Assembly: GCA_002633005.1 (NCBI GenBank)
Contig: NMRA01000273.1
Coordinates: 315,555 to 379,554 of the forward strand
Direction of reading: 5' to 3'
Length of the DNA: 64,000 nucleotides
From: Phoronis australis
Taxonomy: Eukaryota > Animalia > Phoronida
A program made the translations under genes and the position numbers. The notes under the pieces were generated by a model. It was not told the DNA's origin. It worked only from the letters and a program-made list of their open reading frames with translations, and searched no databases. The first letter of the stretch is position 1. Every line of letters begins with the position of its first letter. Below, in pieces: positions 39,740 to 52,732 of this stretch.

Positions 39740-41230
39740 CTGCTAGTAAATAAGTTTGGCACAACTTCGACTACTGTTTTTACTATGAAGAGAACGGTTG
39801 ACGATGATTTTCTGACGACTTTGACTATTGTGGCGTCTCCTAGTGGCAGTTTTGTTTGTTTTTGCGCCCATGGCTGTACCTCCTAAATGCTCTATAGGAT
39901 ATTTATTAAATGTAGCAATTGTATTTATATGAAGTTGACAACGGATGACGACGACTTTCGGACAGATTGGACTGCCAGTGTGTGTCCCTTAGTGGCAATT
40001 TTATTTTGTTTACGTTTACCTATTTATATGCAAAGGTCCTCAAAGGATTTCCATAAAATGTGGCACATAGGCCTCTATTAACAAGGTGATGCTATTCTGT
40101 TTTCGGATGGATTCGAGGTATTTTGAGCCACCTAGTGGCCATTTTTATTGTTTTCGAATCTGTTTTTTGGCATCCATCCCTCTGTCATCCAAGCCACTTG
40201 ATGATTGTGAAAATTGTCATGTATGTTCCAACTGTGAAAAGGACGATTGACAATGATTTTACATCGACTACTGTGGCGCCTCCTAGTGGCAGTTTTGGGT
40301 TTTTTTGCACCCATACCTGTATCTCCTAAGCCCTCTGCAGGATCTTTATTATTAAGTTTAGTACATATATTCATATGAATTTAACAACAGAAGATGACGA
40401 CTTTCAGATGGATCCGATGAACACTGTGCTCCCCTAGTGACAATTTCATTTTTTCTGGTTTCCTCCGTTTCTCTGAAGTTCCTCGACGAATTTTCATGAA
40501 ATTTGGTAAATGACTGTCTTTTCAGGTAACATTTTCCGGTTTTCAGACGGATTCAACATATTTTGTGCCATCTTGTGATCATTTTTACTATTTTCTTGTC
40601 TGTTTTTGGTGTCCGCCCTCTGTCAACCAAACTGCTGGTAAGAAAATTGTGAAAACTGGCTTATATATTCTTAGTGTAAAGAGAACGGTTGATGATTTTC
40701 CAACTTCAGTTGCTGTGTTGTCACCTAGCGGCAGTTTCGTTTTTTGCCCCCTTAACTTATCTGATGAGTTCTCTGCAGGATCTTCATTAAGTTTAACAAA
40801 TGTATTCATATAAAGTTGACAACAGAAGACGACAACTTTCAGAGGGATCCGACGAACGCTTTGTCCACTAGTGGCAATTTCATTTTTTCTGTTTTGCTAT
40901 GTTTCTCTGTTCCTTGGCGGATTTTCATGCAATGTGGTAAGTAGATTTCTGTTGAAAAACGGTGTCATTTACCTGTTTTTTGATGGATTCGAAGTATTGT
41001 GCACCATCCAGTGGCCATTTTTACGATTAAAATAAACACCATAAAAGCGCACGGTTTAGAGTGCATTTGTGGGCGCATTTCAAAGCTCCGCATTACTGTT
41101 GTTGTTATTTTGGTTTTGTGTTTGCCTGGATATCTATCGACTTCCTTTGTGTATGTTCATGCAATTTGGCAAATAAGTACTATAAAGGAGATGACAGCAC
41201 CTGCACATCCTAGTGGCCTTTTTATTACTT
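39740..41230 (+). repeat. Tandem array of ~148-bp subunits (3-mer higher-order repeat, ~443 bp) with a HINE-like 3' terminus at ~41060-41100
   Basis: CCTAGTGGC-type motifs at ~39833, 39983, 40125, 40276, 40427, 40565, 40719, 40863 and 41000. Every third subunit is most alike. Terminus GTGGGCGCATTTCAAAGCTCCGCATT. Confidence 0.8.
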
Positions 41231-43270
41231 TTGTGTCTGTTGTTTGTCATTTACATCCTTGCCCTCCAAACTGCTTGAAGAATCACAGTGAAAGGTGATA
41301 AGTGTGTTCCTGTTTAGGAGGTCGTAATGCTGACTTGCTTTGTGGTCCTAGAGGCTATTTCAGGTTTACTAATATTGCTCTCTTTTGAGAGAATGTTTCA
41401 TCCTTTGTATCTGTGTTTTTTGTGGTTGATACATAGGGCGGGTGCATGTTAATGCTTCTTTATGTTGTTCATGTTACCTGTGTCACTGTTGTTGGGGTGA
41501 ATATTTGAAAAGTATCAAATAAAACAACCCCTTGTACCATTATTGACTCCTGACCATAACTGGTATGGTACTCAACACAACTGTTCAAACCCTCTCGAAG
41601 TCTGGCCGTCACTCTGCTGTAAAATCCACCTGTTTACTGCAAAGTAAACTTGCACAGTTAACTTCGACCCTCAGGACCACACTCTCCAAAACATTAACAC
41701 ATTGATGTTTGTGTAACGGGCAATTACTGAAATATTGTAATTGCATAATGAACAAATAAGTCTAAAGGACCAAACTGCTTTGAAACGGTTGGAGTGGTGG
41801 TGTCCCACATCCGAAGTCCAGGCCCACAAAATGTCTGAATAATTGGGGTGTAACAGGTTTTTTACGCTATGCAAAGTGATGGGCCACAATACCTTAGAAG
41901 GAAATAATCCAACGGAAAGAAATGAGTGGTTGTTGTTGTTTGATGAGGGGGTGTGGGTGCTGTGGGAGAAGATGGATGATTTTGGGACAGTAGAGATTGA
42001 AGCAGAAAGTTTAAGGAAATGAAAAATGTTGCACCTAATCTGATTATTTAGCTTTCTAGGACCTTGAACATGATATATTGTGATGGAATGGGAAGAATGT
42101 AACAGTCTGACCTTTTCAGTTTTTTTTTTAAATAAGCATGCTTGTTATCTTTAGTAAGTGCTTTAGTCACTGAATAGAGTTGGTTTGTTATGGAAGGTGC
42201 TTTGATTTTACATAAGTCACCAATTTGTTTCGCCACTTGTTTTATAATACAATTAGTAGTCTGATTTATAATTTTTACTTGTATTCAATCACCTAGATGA
42301 ATAATGACATCTATCATCTAATGCACTTGTTTTATTCTTGTGACGGAAGCCTAAAAAGTTGGTCCATATTGTTAAGTCAGAAATGCCCCAAAAAGATGTG
42401 TTTTTGGAGTTTTACTGTGTTCCATTTAAGCTCATCTGTTTCCGCCCACTGTCTCTATAAACTTATGGAGTCCAGCTTCAATACAGCTGAGCTTTTCCAC
42501 CGTTTATGGCCCATAGGGCCTGAACATGCTAAGTATAGAAAAATTACCTCTCTCCAGGGGTTCATGTTCTTGAAGGTTTTGTTCTGAGATTCTTGTCAAC
42601 TTCGCTGAGCTTAAGTTACATTGTTACTTTTATACACATGCCTGCTTTAGTGTAGATTCCGTTAAATTCTTGTGGAATGTATGACATGATTTGGGTAGCT
42701 GGTCACGTGGTCATGACAATAACGTTCATATTCGCTGAGTTAAAAGTTGAGAAAATCAAGCAAATATATATTAGGTTCCAACTTATTTATGGTCTCGTGT
42801 TGTCTTTGTTTTTGAAACTCATTGTCTTCTAATGCCAAGATAAGTGTCTGTTTGAATTGTACCCACTCTTTGCCATGTTTGTAGCATTTCTGGATAATGA
42901 GAGTTTTAGGATATTTTACATCTTTGAAGTAATAAAGAGTTAGCTCGACAGTTTACGTACTATATGTAATCTTAGCTGACAGGATGAGTTTAGTTGTTCA
43001 AGAGGCAAATCTTTATTCAAAAAGAAACCAATTTGATTTTTTCATGTGCAAAAGTGTAATACAGGTTAAATGGAGCTGTTAGTGGCAATTATTCTTAATT
43101 GATCTTACGGTCACAATGTATGGTTGTGTTATTTGTTGGTGACTAGAAATTTATAAGTGCCACATTTGTATAGTTGCCAACATTCGAAAATAGGGAAGCG
43201 GGGCATCTTGATCTGGGGTACAGCAAGAAAAAATTTCTGCCACAAATCGTAGAAACGTCATGCCGATGGC

Positions 43271-44590
43271 CTTTTTATGCGCCCACATATTTATATGTGG
43301 ACGTGTTATGTCGTCATCCCCGTCCAGCTGTCCTTCCGGCGTCTGCTGCTCTGTGTACAAAATTCAACGTGCGTTCATGAAATTTTGCACACATGTTCCT
43401 TTCATACATGGGACGGCATGAGCGAACTTTTGGAGGGATCTGATTACCGGTGTGTCCCCTAGTGGAATTTTTATGCGCCCACATATTTATATGTGGTCGC
43501 ATATTGCCGACATCTCTGTCTGGGCGTCTGGTGTTCGCGGCTGTATCTCCTAAACCCCTTGCAGGATCTTATTGAAATTCGGTAGGTATGTTTCTATGGG
43601 GTTGAGGACAGAGGGCAACGAGTTTTGAACCGACCCGAACACCGCTGTGCCCCCTTGTGGCACTTTTAGTTTTTTACGTTCGCCTCTGTATCTTCAAAGG
43701 TCCTCAACCGATTTTCATGAAATTTGGCACATAGGCATCTATTAATGAGTTGACGCCATTCTCTTGTTTTTGGATGGATTCGAGACATTTTGCGCCATCT
43801 AGTGGCCATTTTTACTATTTTCGAGTTGTTTTTTTGGCGTCCGCCCCTCTAACAACCAAACCACTCTAAGGATGATTGTGAAAGTTGGCATGTATGTTCT
43901 TTCTATGAAGGGGACGGTTGACGATAATTTTCCGATGACTTGACTACTGTGGTGCCGCCTAGTGGCATTTTTTTTCGCACCCATACCTGTATCTGCTAAG
44001 CCCTCTGCAGGATCTTTATTAAATCTATCACGTGTATTTATATGAAGTTAACAAGAGAAGATGACGACTTTTTACGGATCCGAAAAACACTCTGTCCCCT
44101 TGTGTCAATTTCATTTTTTTGGCTTTCCTCTGTTTCTCTGAAGTTCCGCGACGAATTTTAATGAAATTTGGTAAGTGGCTTTCTTTTAAAGAAAGGATGA
44201 CATTTTCTGATTTTCAGATGGATTCGATGTATTTTGCAACATCTAGTGGCTATTTTGATGATACAAATAAACAACCCTAAAAGCACACCATTTGGGATGC
44301 ATTTGTGGGCGCATTTCAACGCTCCGCGTTGCTCTGTATCTTCAAAGGTCCTCGACATATTTTCATGAAATTTGGAGACATCAATTAGAGAGGAAGGATT
44401 TGACTTAGTTTGAGCCACGTAGTGGCCATTTTTGCTGTTTTCGAGTCTGTTTTTGGCATCCACTCCTCTATCAACCAAACCGCTCTAAGGATGATTGTGA
44501 AAATTGGCATGTATGTTCTTACTATGAAGAGGTCATGGCTGATGATGATTTTCCGACAATTTAGACTACTGTGGTGCCTCCTAGTGGCAA
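43271..44590 (+). mobile_element. Helentron-associated (HINE/DINE-1-like) element with duplicated 5' end and internal tandem repeats
   Basis: 5' TTTTTATGCGCCCACATATTTATATGTGG at ~43272 and ~43468, plus a GTCTG-like microsatellite. 3' subTIR GTGGGCGCAT (reverse complement of ATGCGCCCAC) followed by the hairpin CAACGCTCCGCGTTG at ~44304-44331. Extra subunits continue to 44590. Confidence 0.75.
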
Positions 44591-45470
44591 AGTTCCTAAA
44601 GTTTTAGGACGTCTCTTGGGAGAAGATGACATCAAAATTTGTTTGGAAATTTGGTTTGCTGGTATTAAAATAATGAAAACTTATGATGAAGTGAAACCAA
44701 TTGTGATAATTTGCTGTGACGTGTACGCAACCTCATGAAAGAACGACAGTTGATTGAAGAATTGGCAAACAAAGAAACTGGCCAATGGGTGATGCAATAT
44801 TTCATGGCGCCGAAAGCCGACGCGAAGATAGTGCTGCAAATTTAGTAGCAGAATAATGGTAGAACGCCAATTTAATTCCAGCAACGGTAAATAATTCAGT
44901 GTGCTCAAGGAAGAGTGTAGTTTGTAATGACACTAACTTTGTGTCAGATTTTATTTGGTCTGTCTTTACCCACATCAGCCCATAGCTGTATGTTTAGTAT
45001 GTAGCTTTGCGCCAAGGCTACTTCTTGCGTTGCTGGAAATTTATCGACGTCAAAAGTTTCTTGGTAGTAATTCTGCATTTTCTTAAAATGATACTAGCCC
45101 TCATAGATGTTATCATCAACGCACGAAACAATAATTTTTATTGACTTTGGCAGCATGTTTGTGGTGACCGATGCAAGACGCCGGGGGACTGAACTTTGGG
45201 TTGGGCGAGTAGATTTCCTGGCTCACTCACCCAGCTGGCGAGCAGGGTTTTGAAACCTGGGTATATCCCTGCTGTATTGTAAACACAATCCTAATGGTTT
45301 AATTCTGTTTAAAAGTAATGCCAAGTAGTTCAGTATCATTTGCTTAGCTGCTAAACTGCTAAGTTTAATTACTGTGCCAAATCTTTACACAGATGGGCAG
45401 ATTACAAGGCTTTATGTTGTCCACTTAAAACAGTCTTCGTTTGGGTAGGCCTGCAACCTAAGGTATTTAA

Positions 45471-46431
45471 AATGTACACAACATGACTCTAGTACCTCAA
45501 AATAAATTTTATTATTATATCTTACTTGATTTCAGTGCCTTTAGTGCACAGCTCATAAAGAAACACGCAAAAATTGAAAAAATAATAATTATGTACATCG
45601 TCATGGGTTGAACCCAAGTCGTTCGCCATACTGTTCGGATCAGAGACAAAGTGTATAGAGTGAAGTGAAAGCAAAGTACATTTAGCGTCGAGAAGGTTCG
45701 TAGAGGGACAAAAAGATGTGTTGCCGGAGGCTGCAGCAACAGCAGCCAGGCGGAGAACGTCTCGGTGTTCCGAAGGACACCAAAGTTGCGCAGAAGTGGC
45801 ATCGCTTCGTGCGCCGAACGAGAGTGTGGGTCCTCATCGTGGACCAAGCGATTCGGTCCGGGGCCACTCTGTGTTTTGCCCACTTTGAGGACTTGTGTTT
45901 CGACTCCAGTCACAGGAGATGTTACGATGAAGGCCTGGTGCAATAAAGGACAATATTTATCATTCAGAAACATCGGCTCTCAATTCAGGATCGTCTGTTG
46001 GATGACTGGGTTGACTCGCCGAGCCCGAGGCCGCTCTCTCGTGGGAGGATCCAGTTCGTAAGGCTCAAAGTAGAAAAGTATGCAGCCGGAAGCACATCAA
46101 ACTTGTTCTCACTTTCGTGCAACCCCATTTCCTCATCCTGGCCACCATTTTCGTATGTTTCTTCATAGTATTCATTCAATTCTTGCTCATAATCATCGTC
46201 ACTTTCAAATTTACTGTTCTCTGCCATTGTTCAGTGCTAGTCACTGATCTCTTGTGTTCAACCCATGACGTCACCTGGCGGGAAATCTGAAAATTGGCAA
46301 AATTGAAAGAAAAATCAAAATTTCGAACTAATTACACAAAATAAACATGGGTTTAGCTAAATTTTACGTCATACATTTAGTCTGTGGCCACCGGTAATTC
46401 AAAATGTGTAAAAATCTATGGTGTGTACTGT
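45471..46431. mobile_element. Internally deleted Kolobok-like DNA transposon (THAP-domain gene on +, second convergent gene on -)
   Basis: TTAA on both sides (45467-70, 46432-35) and a degenerate TIR (A..GTACACA.CAT). The plus strand at ~45710-45945 gives RCVAGGCSNS...SVF/PKD..VAQKWHRFV...TLCFAHFEDLCF (THAP C2CH finger, frameshifted). The minus strand from ATG 46227 gives an acidic N-terminus, FEPYELDP and RADVSE. Confidence 0.7.
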
Positions 46432-47650
46432 TTAAGGACCCAGCATTGTTAATTAGGTCAAGGCTGTGAAGCTGCAAACTTATAAAACAAGAATATATTA
46501 AGGTTGTGACTGTAATTGTTGACATTGAAGAAATCAATGAGCTCCATTTGTCCACTCTTTGATCATCCGTACAAATAATTGGAAATGGTTCCCATCAACC
46601 CAAAACAAACCAAAACTATGATTTTCAAAGATGGTCTTGTAGTTGGCTTTAAAAGTGATTTTTTGAGAGTACAAGGTGTATGCGAAGTCTGAACATAGGT
46701 GTTTATGAGCAGACTATGTAGCAATCTATGCAAAAATAGCCAAGTGCATGTTGTGAAACTAAGGTGGCTGGTTTGGTGTTACAATTTTGGCTGACCCTAA
46801 ATCAGGCGATCTTGCTAAATATGAGAAGAGTCATTGTTGAGGAGTACAAGGCATTCTGCCTGCCTGTCAGTCTGTCCTTCCTGGTTCAATTTACAAGAAG
46901 TATCATTTCACTTTGGGAGCTTTGTATTGATGCCCTGATCAGGTCATAGGGTGTTCAGAGTTCATGCAGTCCTGTCTATTGCCCACTAATCGGTAAAAAA
47001 TACCAGGCATTTCTTTGAAGGATAATATTTCAAGTGACCTGAGCACATGCCAACATCAAAATAAACTTGCCTTTGTGACGTTTGTTCAAAGTTTTCATTA
47101 TTCAAAGGAATTATGCGATTTTTAAAGAATCGAAGTCTTAGATTTAAATGTTCTTACTGATACTTCTGTTGTGAGGTATTATCAAAAAAATGGAAGCCTT
47201 GTTTGCATGGTACCATTGTGACTGATAAGAAGAGCTAAATGTGAATACCATACTGAATATTAAATCTGTAGTAGGTCAGCCTTTCATCCAATTTCCACCA
47301 CTTAACATTCAACGCTCGCGATGCCATCAATCGGCATTTGGTGAATTTGGCAAAAATCCCAGGTCGCCAAGAGTGAAAATTTCAGGTGTCCAAATCCATT
47401 GCAAGGTTTATTATCGTATCTGGCGTATAAAAGGTCGTAGCTCCATCCGCTGACCTCCGATTTTCCCCCATCAATGCCTAACAGTAGGCGTACCTTCATT
47501 CTCTAACTCATGCCCTCCTGCAGGCAAACGAACAATTAGTACGCGGAGTCGACCACATGGATTGCTGGGCTGGTGCGAATTTCGCTGATCTTGCCTGATT
47601 TTTACCCGACAATTCCGATTTCTGTCTGTTTACTTCCTGTTGTAATTTAA

Positions 47651-48788
47651 CCCTTATCCTGCGCTAGGCGAGGTCAGCCGATAAGCCAATTATCCAATTA
47701 TGCATGGGGTGTACTCAATCGCCTATAATAAGCTACGGCTAGACTGCGCAAGGAGGGTGTACTCACCCCAGGACACTGGTGTTTTTCATTCAGAAATTGT
47801 GAAAGCCCGTATGCTGTTTATATGTGAGCATGCGCATTCCACAGTTCATAGTTTCCTGTACATTTTTCTGATTTACAACATATATGGCTGTGGTGAGTTG
47901 TTGCCGAGATATTTGAAAGTTTACACAAGTTTTATCTTGGCTGGTGCCAAACTTGGTAAGATGACTGTTGACCAGTTTCTTGAGGAAGTGTTCATGGACT
48001 CAGAAAGTGAAAACGAGCTGGAATTGGCACTCGAAAGTGACGGTGACAGTGACTGGGAAACTAATACGACAGTCACAAGTAATGCAGATTCTATCGATTT
48101 GGATCTCAGTGCAATTTTGGAGGAGTTACCGGTCCCTGAAGCTGAACTTGGACAGGCCTACGACGAAGCTTGGCCCATGCCCTTCGCGCATAATACAGGG
48201 CCTCTGAAACATGATGGAACTCATTCAGAACTAGATATTTTTGTGACTTTTTTGTGTCCCCACCCGTGTTTTCAAGTTTTTGCTCACCAAGGTGAACTTC
48301 AAAACAGACTTTAGCAAGCGACTGTACCAGTCATAAATTTGTTATTGTGCAAAGTTGAGGTATTTTATATACTGTACATTCTTGTTTGTAGATGGGATGT
48401 TACATACAATAAATCTGCTTTATTAAACATGCAAGTCCCATGAATTCCCTTTTAAAAATGCTTATTTCGGTTTTTGAGTGTCGGCTATAATGTTCTCATG
48501 TGCGAAAACAGATAAAAACAAAGGGCGTCCAGTTTGAAAGTTTATAGAATTATTTACACCAAGGCTATGATAAAGATATGTATCTGGTGAAAATCTCCAT
48601 TAAATAACTTTTGTGTAGACTACTTTTATGTGAAGTTGACACTACCCCTTCAAATTTCCAATTTAAAAATGTTTGGTCATTAATTTGAGTGACCTTCATA
48701 ATAGCCCAGTGCACAGCAGCAGCGGTGACCTTCTTAGCTCAGCACACTCGGAAAGTTGTCTGAATAGAGGCTTAGCAGGATATAAGGG
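47651..48788 (+). mobile_element. Internally deleted piggyBac element
   Basis: TTAA|CCCTTATCCTGC ... GCAGGATATAAGGG|TTAA. The ORF part MTVDQFLEEVFMDSESE...PFAHNTGP...SELDIF (piggyBac N-terminus) is fused to FLCPHPCFQVF (end of the C-terminal Cys-rich domain). Confidence 0.85.
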
Positions 48789-49028
48789 TTAAGGGTGGTT
48801 TCATGAAATCAATTTAACAATTGTGAATCAAAGTTAATAAATCTAGAAAAAGTGTTAGTAATTTAAAGTTTGGAAGTTAGTACGAACTTTGAAGCAAATT
48901 TAGAGGGAATTGTTTAATTTGATACTCGCTGTGGGGACTTCATGTCGGAATTTTTCCCAGGTCGCCAAACACAATCTGTGGTCACATTGGTGACCTGCAG
49001 CTCGTCAGATGAAGTGCTGACATTATAA

Positions 49029-49524
49029 AGCCTTTTCATACTGTCACTTAACTCTGGTCTGAGTGGAGTGTCTAGTCATAAATTGCAAAGTTAACTAAAG
49101 CGTTCATACCGTCTTCGGTAGTTAACGAACATTGAAGCAAACGATAGGTGACTGTTGTCATCAAAGTAATCACAAGGTAGTGCTATACGCTAAGATTTTT
49201 TAATTTGACAATTTGGGAACATTTACATGTGCTAATTGACATAAATCTTATTATTAATTTGGTGATTATTCGAGCAAAATATAAGCAACTATTAGCTACG
49301 ACCCTTTAATTATTGACGATAACAGTGCCACCTGGCAATAACTTTGACAGGATAGAAGTTGACTGTTCATACTGCACTGCAGCGTTGACGCTTTGCTAAT
49401 AAGTCCACATGTTTACTGCGAAGTTAACTGGTGCTGTTAACTTCAATCCAGGGCCAAATATAACCGTTCATACTGACCGCAACTCCACAAAACATCGTCG
49501 TGTTCATGTTAGAGTAAAAGGCCC
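49029..49524. mobile_element. Possible PIF/Harbinger-type MITE
   Basis: Ends AGCCTTTTCATACT / AGAGTAAAAGGCCC; internal GTTCATAC repeats. Confidence 0.4.
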
Positions 49525-49729
49525 TGTAAACCTGGGCTCAACTTATGCCTTATTCAGATTAGAGATGATGTCTGAGGTGGGAAAGAACGGCGCATTATAC
49601 AGATCCTAATTTTTTTTTAAAAACAGAGAACTTTGTTTAAGCAAACATAAAGTACTGTTTTCTTCCGGTTTTATTCGTTTGATAAATTAGCAAGTTTCGT
49701 TTCATGATTTCTAGGTGTTTAAGAGCATG

Positions 49730-49800
49730 AAGTTGGTGTGGCAATTGCCTTACTTTTTTGCTAGAAGGTGGTGTGGCAATTACCTTACTTTTTTGCTAGA
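49730..49800 (+). repeat. 35-bp tandem duplication
   Basis: AAG.TGGTGTGGCAATT.CCTTACTTTTTTGCTAG occurs twice. Confidence 0.8.
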
Positions 49801-50558
49801 TTATGCCGCTCAGCTCTGTTTTGCAGATGCCTTGCTGCACACCATCTTTATTATTTAAAACCAGAAAAAGAATGACCCCATCTTCAGAAAAAATAAGCAA
49901 CTACTTGAGCACGTCTGCTACCAATTGATTGTCAATTGCTTTGTGGCCAGAGTGGTGGAATTTGATGGATTGTGTTCTATATTTAGTGACTACAGAAATC
50001 AACGAAACTTGAAATAATGTATTATGGATCTATTAATTCTTCACTTATTTAGCTCATAATATGGCCGACAGGTGAAATTTTATTTTGTCTAATGAAGTTT
50101 CCATCATTCGCAGCCAGATAGTCAGACTTTAAAAGTGGAAAAATGACAGTTTTGGCCGAAATAAGTGAAGCATTACTGAAATGTTGTTTATTGCCAGCCG
50201 TGATTCATGCTTTTTATGGAAGTTGCTTTCTTGGATCTGGAAACCAGTTGAAGTTCCAGTGTTGGAAGCTGAACACTTAGTGGCATGTTCCTATGCGTAT
50301 AGTATCCTTAGGAAACTTCCGCTATGTTAGCTGCTCTCAAAAGTTTTTGAGGAACTGTGATTTGCATGCCGTGTTGTTACTTCTGTGGGATTGGACCATT
50401 CTGCGACTGGAGACACTCAAATGAAAGGGAGTGTGTTCATTTTAAACTTTGCTTAGATTAGATAGCTATACTAGCTATAAGTAATACAGCCCAGTTGTTC
50501 TATTTTATGGGGGTGCACTTATTTGTTTTTGCTAGTAATGTGGGATCAAACAGTCATT

Positions 50559-50980
50559 AGTGCTGTTTACACTACAGAAGTTGACACGGATCAGCTGACA
50601 CGGAATGAGATGTTCCAGTGTGCAAGCGGGACTGACGCAGAGCAAATTGACACCGCGGTGAAAACTTTTGCCACCCGTTTGTGAGGTGGGGCAATTTGCG
50701 CTCGAACATCTTGCTCCGTGTCAATTATATGTCTAAACGCAAAACTAGGACAAGGCGGAAAGGATCATCTCTGCTGCCCATGTGCAATGACCTACATATG
50801 GGTTCTCTGTCTCTGCAACTCCAACTATTTGAAAACCTGCAAACGTGCATTCCACTCTCCAGCGTACAACTTTGGTCTTGCCACAGTTAATGAAATTGCG
50901 TGTGTAAACGGCCACTCGACACAGATCAAGTTGTTCCGTGTCAGTTGTGCTGGATTAAAAGTTGATGTCTAAACGGGACT
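50559..50980. mobile_element. PIF/Harbinger-type MITE
   Basis: Termini AGTGCTGTTTACACTA / TGTCTAAACGGGACT with inverted subterminal TGACACGGA / TCCGTGTCA motifs. Confidence 0.6.
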
Positions 50981-52426
50981 ATTGCCTCAAGAGGTAATCG
51001 GAGATTTAACAAATACATTTAGTTTGATTTTTCGCTCATGAAAAGAATTGATAAAATATTACAATGCAAATGTAAAAACTGATCATTTACTTATAACTTT
51101 CGTTCAACTGAACAGTATTGTGTTCTTTTTATGATTGCATTGTTTGTGCTTTACTTGCAAATGAAGAATGCAAAATTAACGTTTCATCAGTGCACATAAT
51201 TCATTCACCATTAAACAAAAATGGAAACATTAACTTTGAGGACATGTCACTGTAATTGACAATCTGTTACATGCATGTATCTCTACACGCGTAAAACAAT
51301 TGATCTCTAGTTTGATACTATTTTCTTGCCGCCAAAGGGCTGATATGTGCTGTGACTGTGGGGAAACATCTATAAAACATTGATGAAACAATAAACAACT
51401 GCAGTACAGTGTTGTAACAATAAAGACATTGCTGTTAATCTGGGTGCATTCTGGAGGAGCTTGCAGGATGTTGTTATTTCTTTGTTGAGTTAACTCTGTG
51501 CAAGGGATGAATGATAAGTACCCACTGTCATTTATGATTTCAGGGGGCAATACAAGTTCATCCACTCATCCCTAGGCTCACAACTGTTCTTAGAATCATT
51601 TAGATAAGCGTGGTATTTATTGCTAGTAGCAACACATCTGTCAACATTTCATTTGTCCTCAATGAAAAACCATCTCTGATTAATGATTTCTGTGTTATTT
51701 ACATAAACCTAGCCTGAACCCAGATTGTTTGAAATTAAGCAATGAATGAAGTTGCCTTGATTAAGTGTTGTCAGTGTCATTGTGTTGCTAGAGTTTGCAC
51801 TTGTTTCTCATTCGTTCACAGGTTGTGTCCAGCTCTTATTTGAACTTGTTGTTGCTGGAAAGTCAACAAATTCAGAAATAAAAATAAAAATATGCAATTT
51901 GGCATGCCTAGGACTGTCTTCGTCAGATTGTATTTTTGGGATTAAAAGATCCAAATCCAGGATGTATTCCTGTCTAGTTTGCTCAGACCTTATATTTAGG
52001 ATAGTACATCATCAAAGGTCCAGTTCAAGTTTTATATTTGTTTTGGCTATTTTGTGTACATGTGGGGTAGATGGCACACTGCACTGAACAAAACTTATAG
52101 TAACCACTTTTCCCAGTTGAAAGTGCGCATGATTTTTAAAAATGCCTAATTGGTGTATTCTGTAGCTTGAGTACATTGTGCAAGTTTGATACGATTGTGC
52201 AAGATAACACAAAAACGCATAAACGAAGAGCGAGTGTTTCGCAAATAAGCCACTGAAATGATTGGTCGGCGCTGGAATGGGGAATTATAGAAAGGTGTAA
52301 ATTAAGTAATTGTTTCTGTTCAATCAGCCAAGATTTTTTCTTAGAAGCGTCTTCTGAGGATCTATTGTTACGGTAGGTGCTCCATTTGAACTTGTATTTC
52401 ATGAGTTTGCTTTGAATTTTTTCCAG

Positions 52427-52732
52427 AACAAAGCTTGGAACAATCACGTTTCTTCATCAATACTCGGGTAGTCCAGACTCAGAGGTGGGGCTCAGTGGTT
52501 ATCGATTGCAAAGTACCGAGTGGATTCTCACCAGATACAATATGGTGGAAAAAAAATGGCGAGAGGGTAACTAACAACAGTCGCATCCACGTATTGGCCA
52601 ATGGTTCGCTCAGTATCAGTAAAGCACGATGGAACACCAAAGCTGGCAGATCGGATGAAGGCCTTTACAGTTGTTACGCATCAGATCAGATAGGAAGCCT
52701 TTTGGTCAGCAATACTCGCGTGGTTATCGTCT
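52427..52732 (+). CDS. Ig (I-set) domain exon of a protogenin/neogenin/DCC-like receptor
   Basis: ttttccag acceptor, GTAAGT donor, phase 1-1, 306 nt. VVIDC..IWWKKNG..RIHVLANGSLSI..RSDEGLYSCYA...G resembles the first Ig domain of DCC/neogenin/protogenin. Confidence 0.85.

Noticed and set aside
41500-42600. LINE-like coding remnant
   Set aside because: No convincing endonuclease or RT motifs could be reconstructed.
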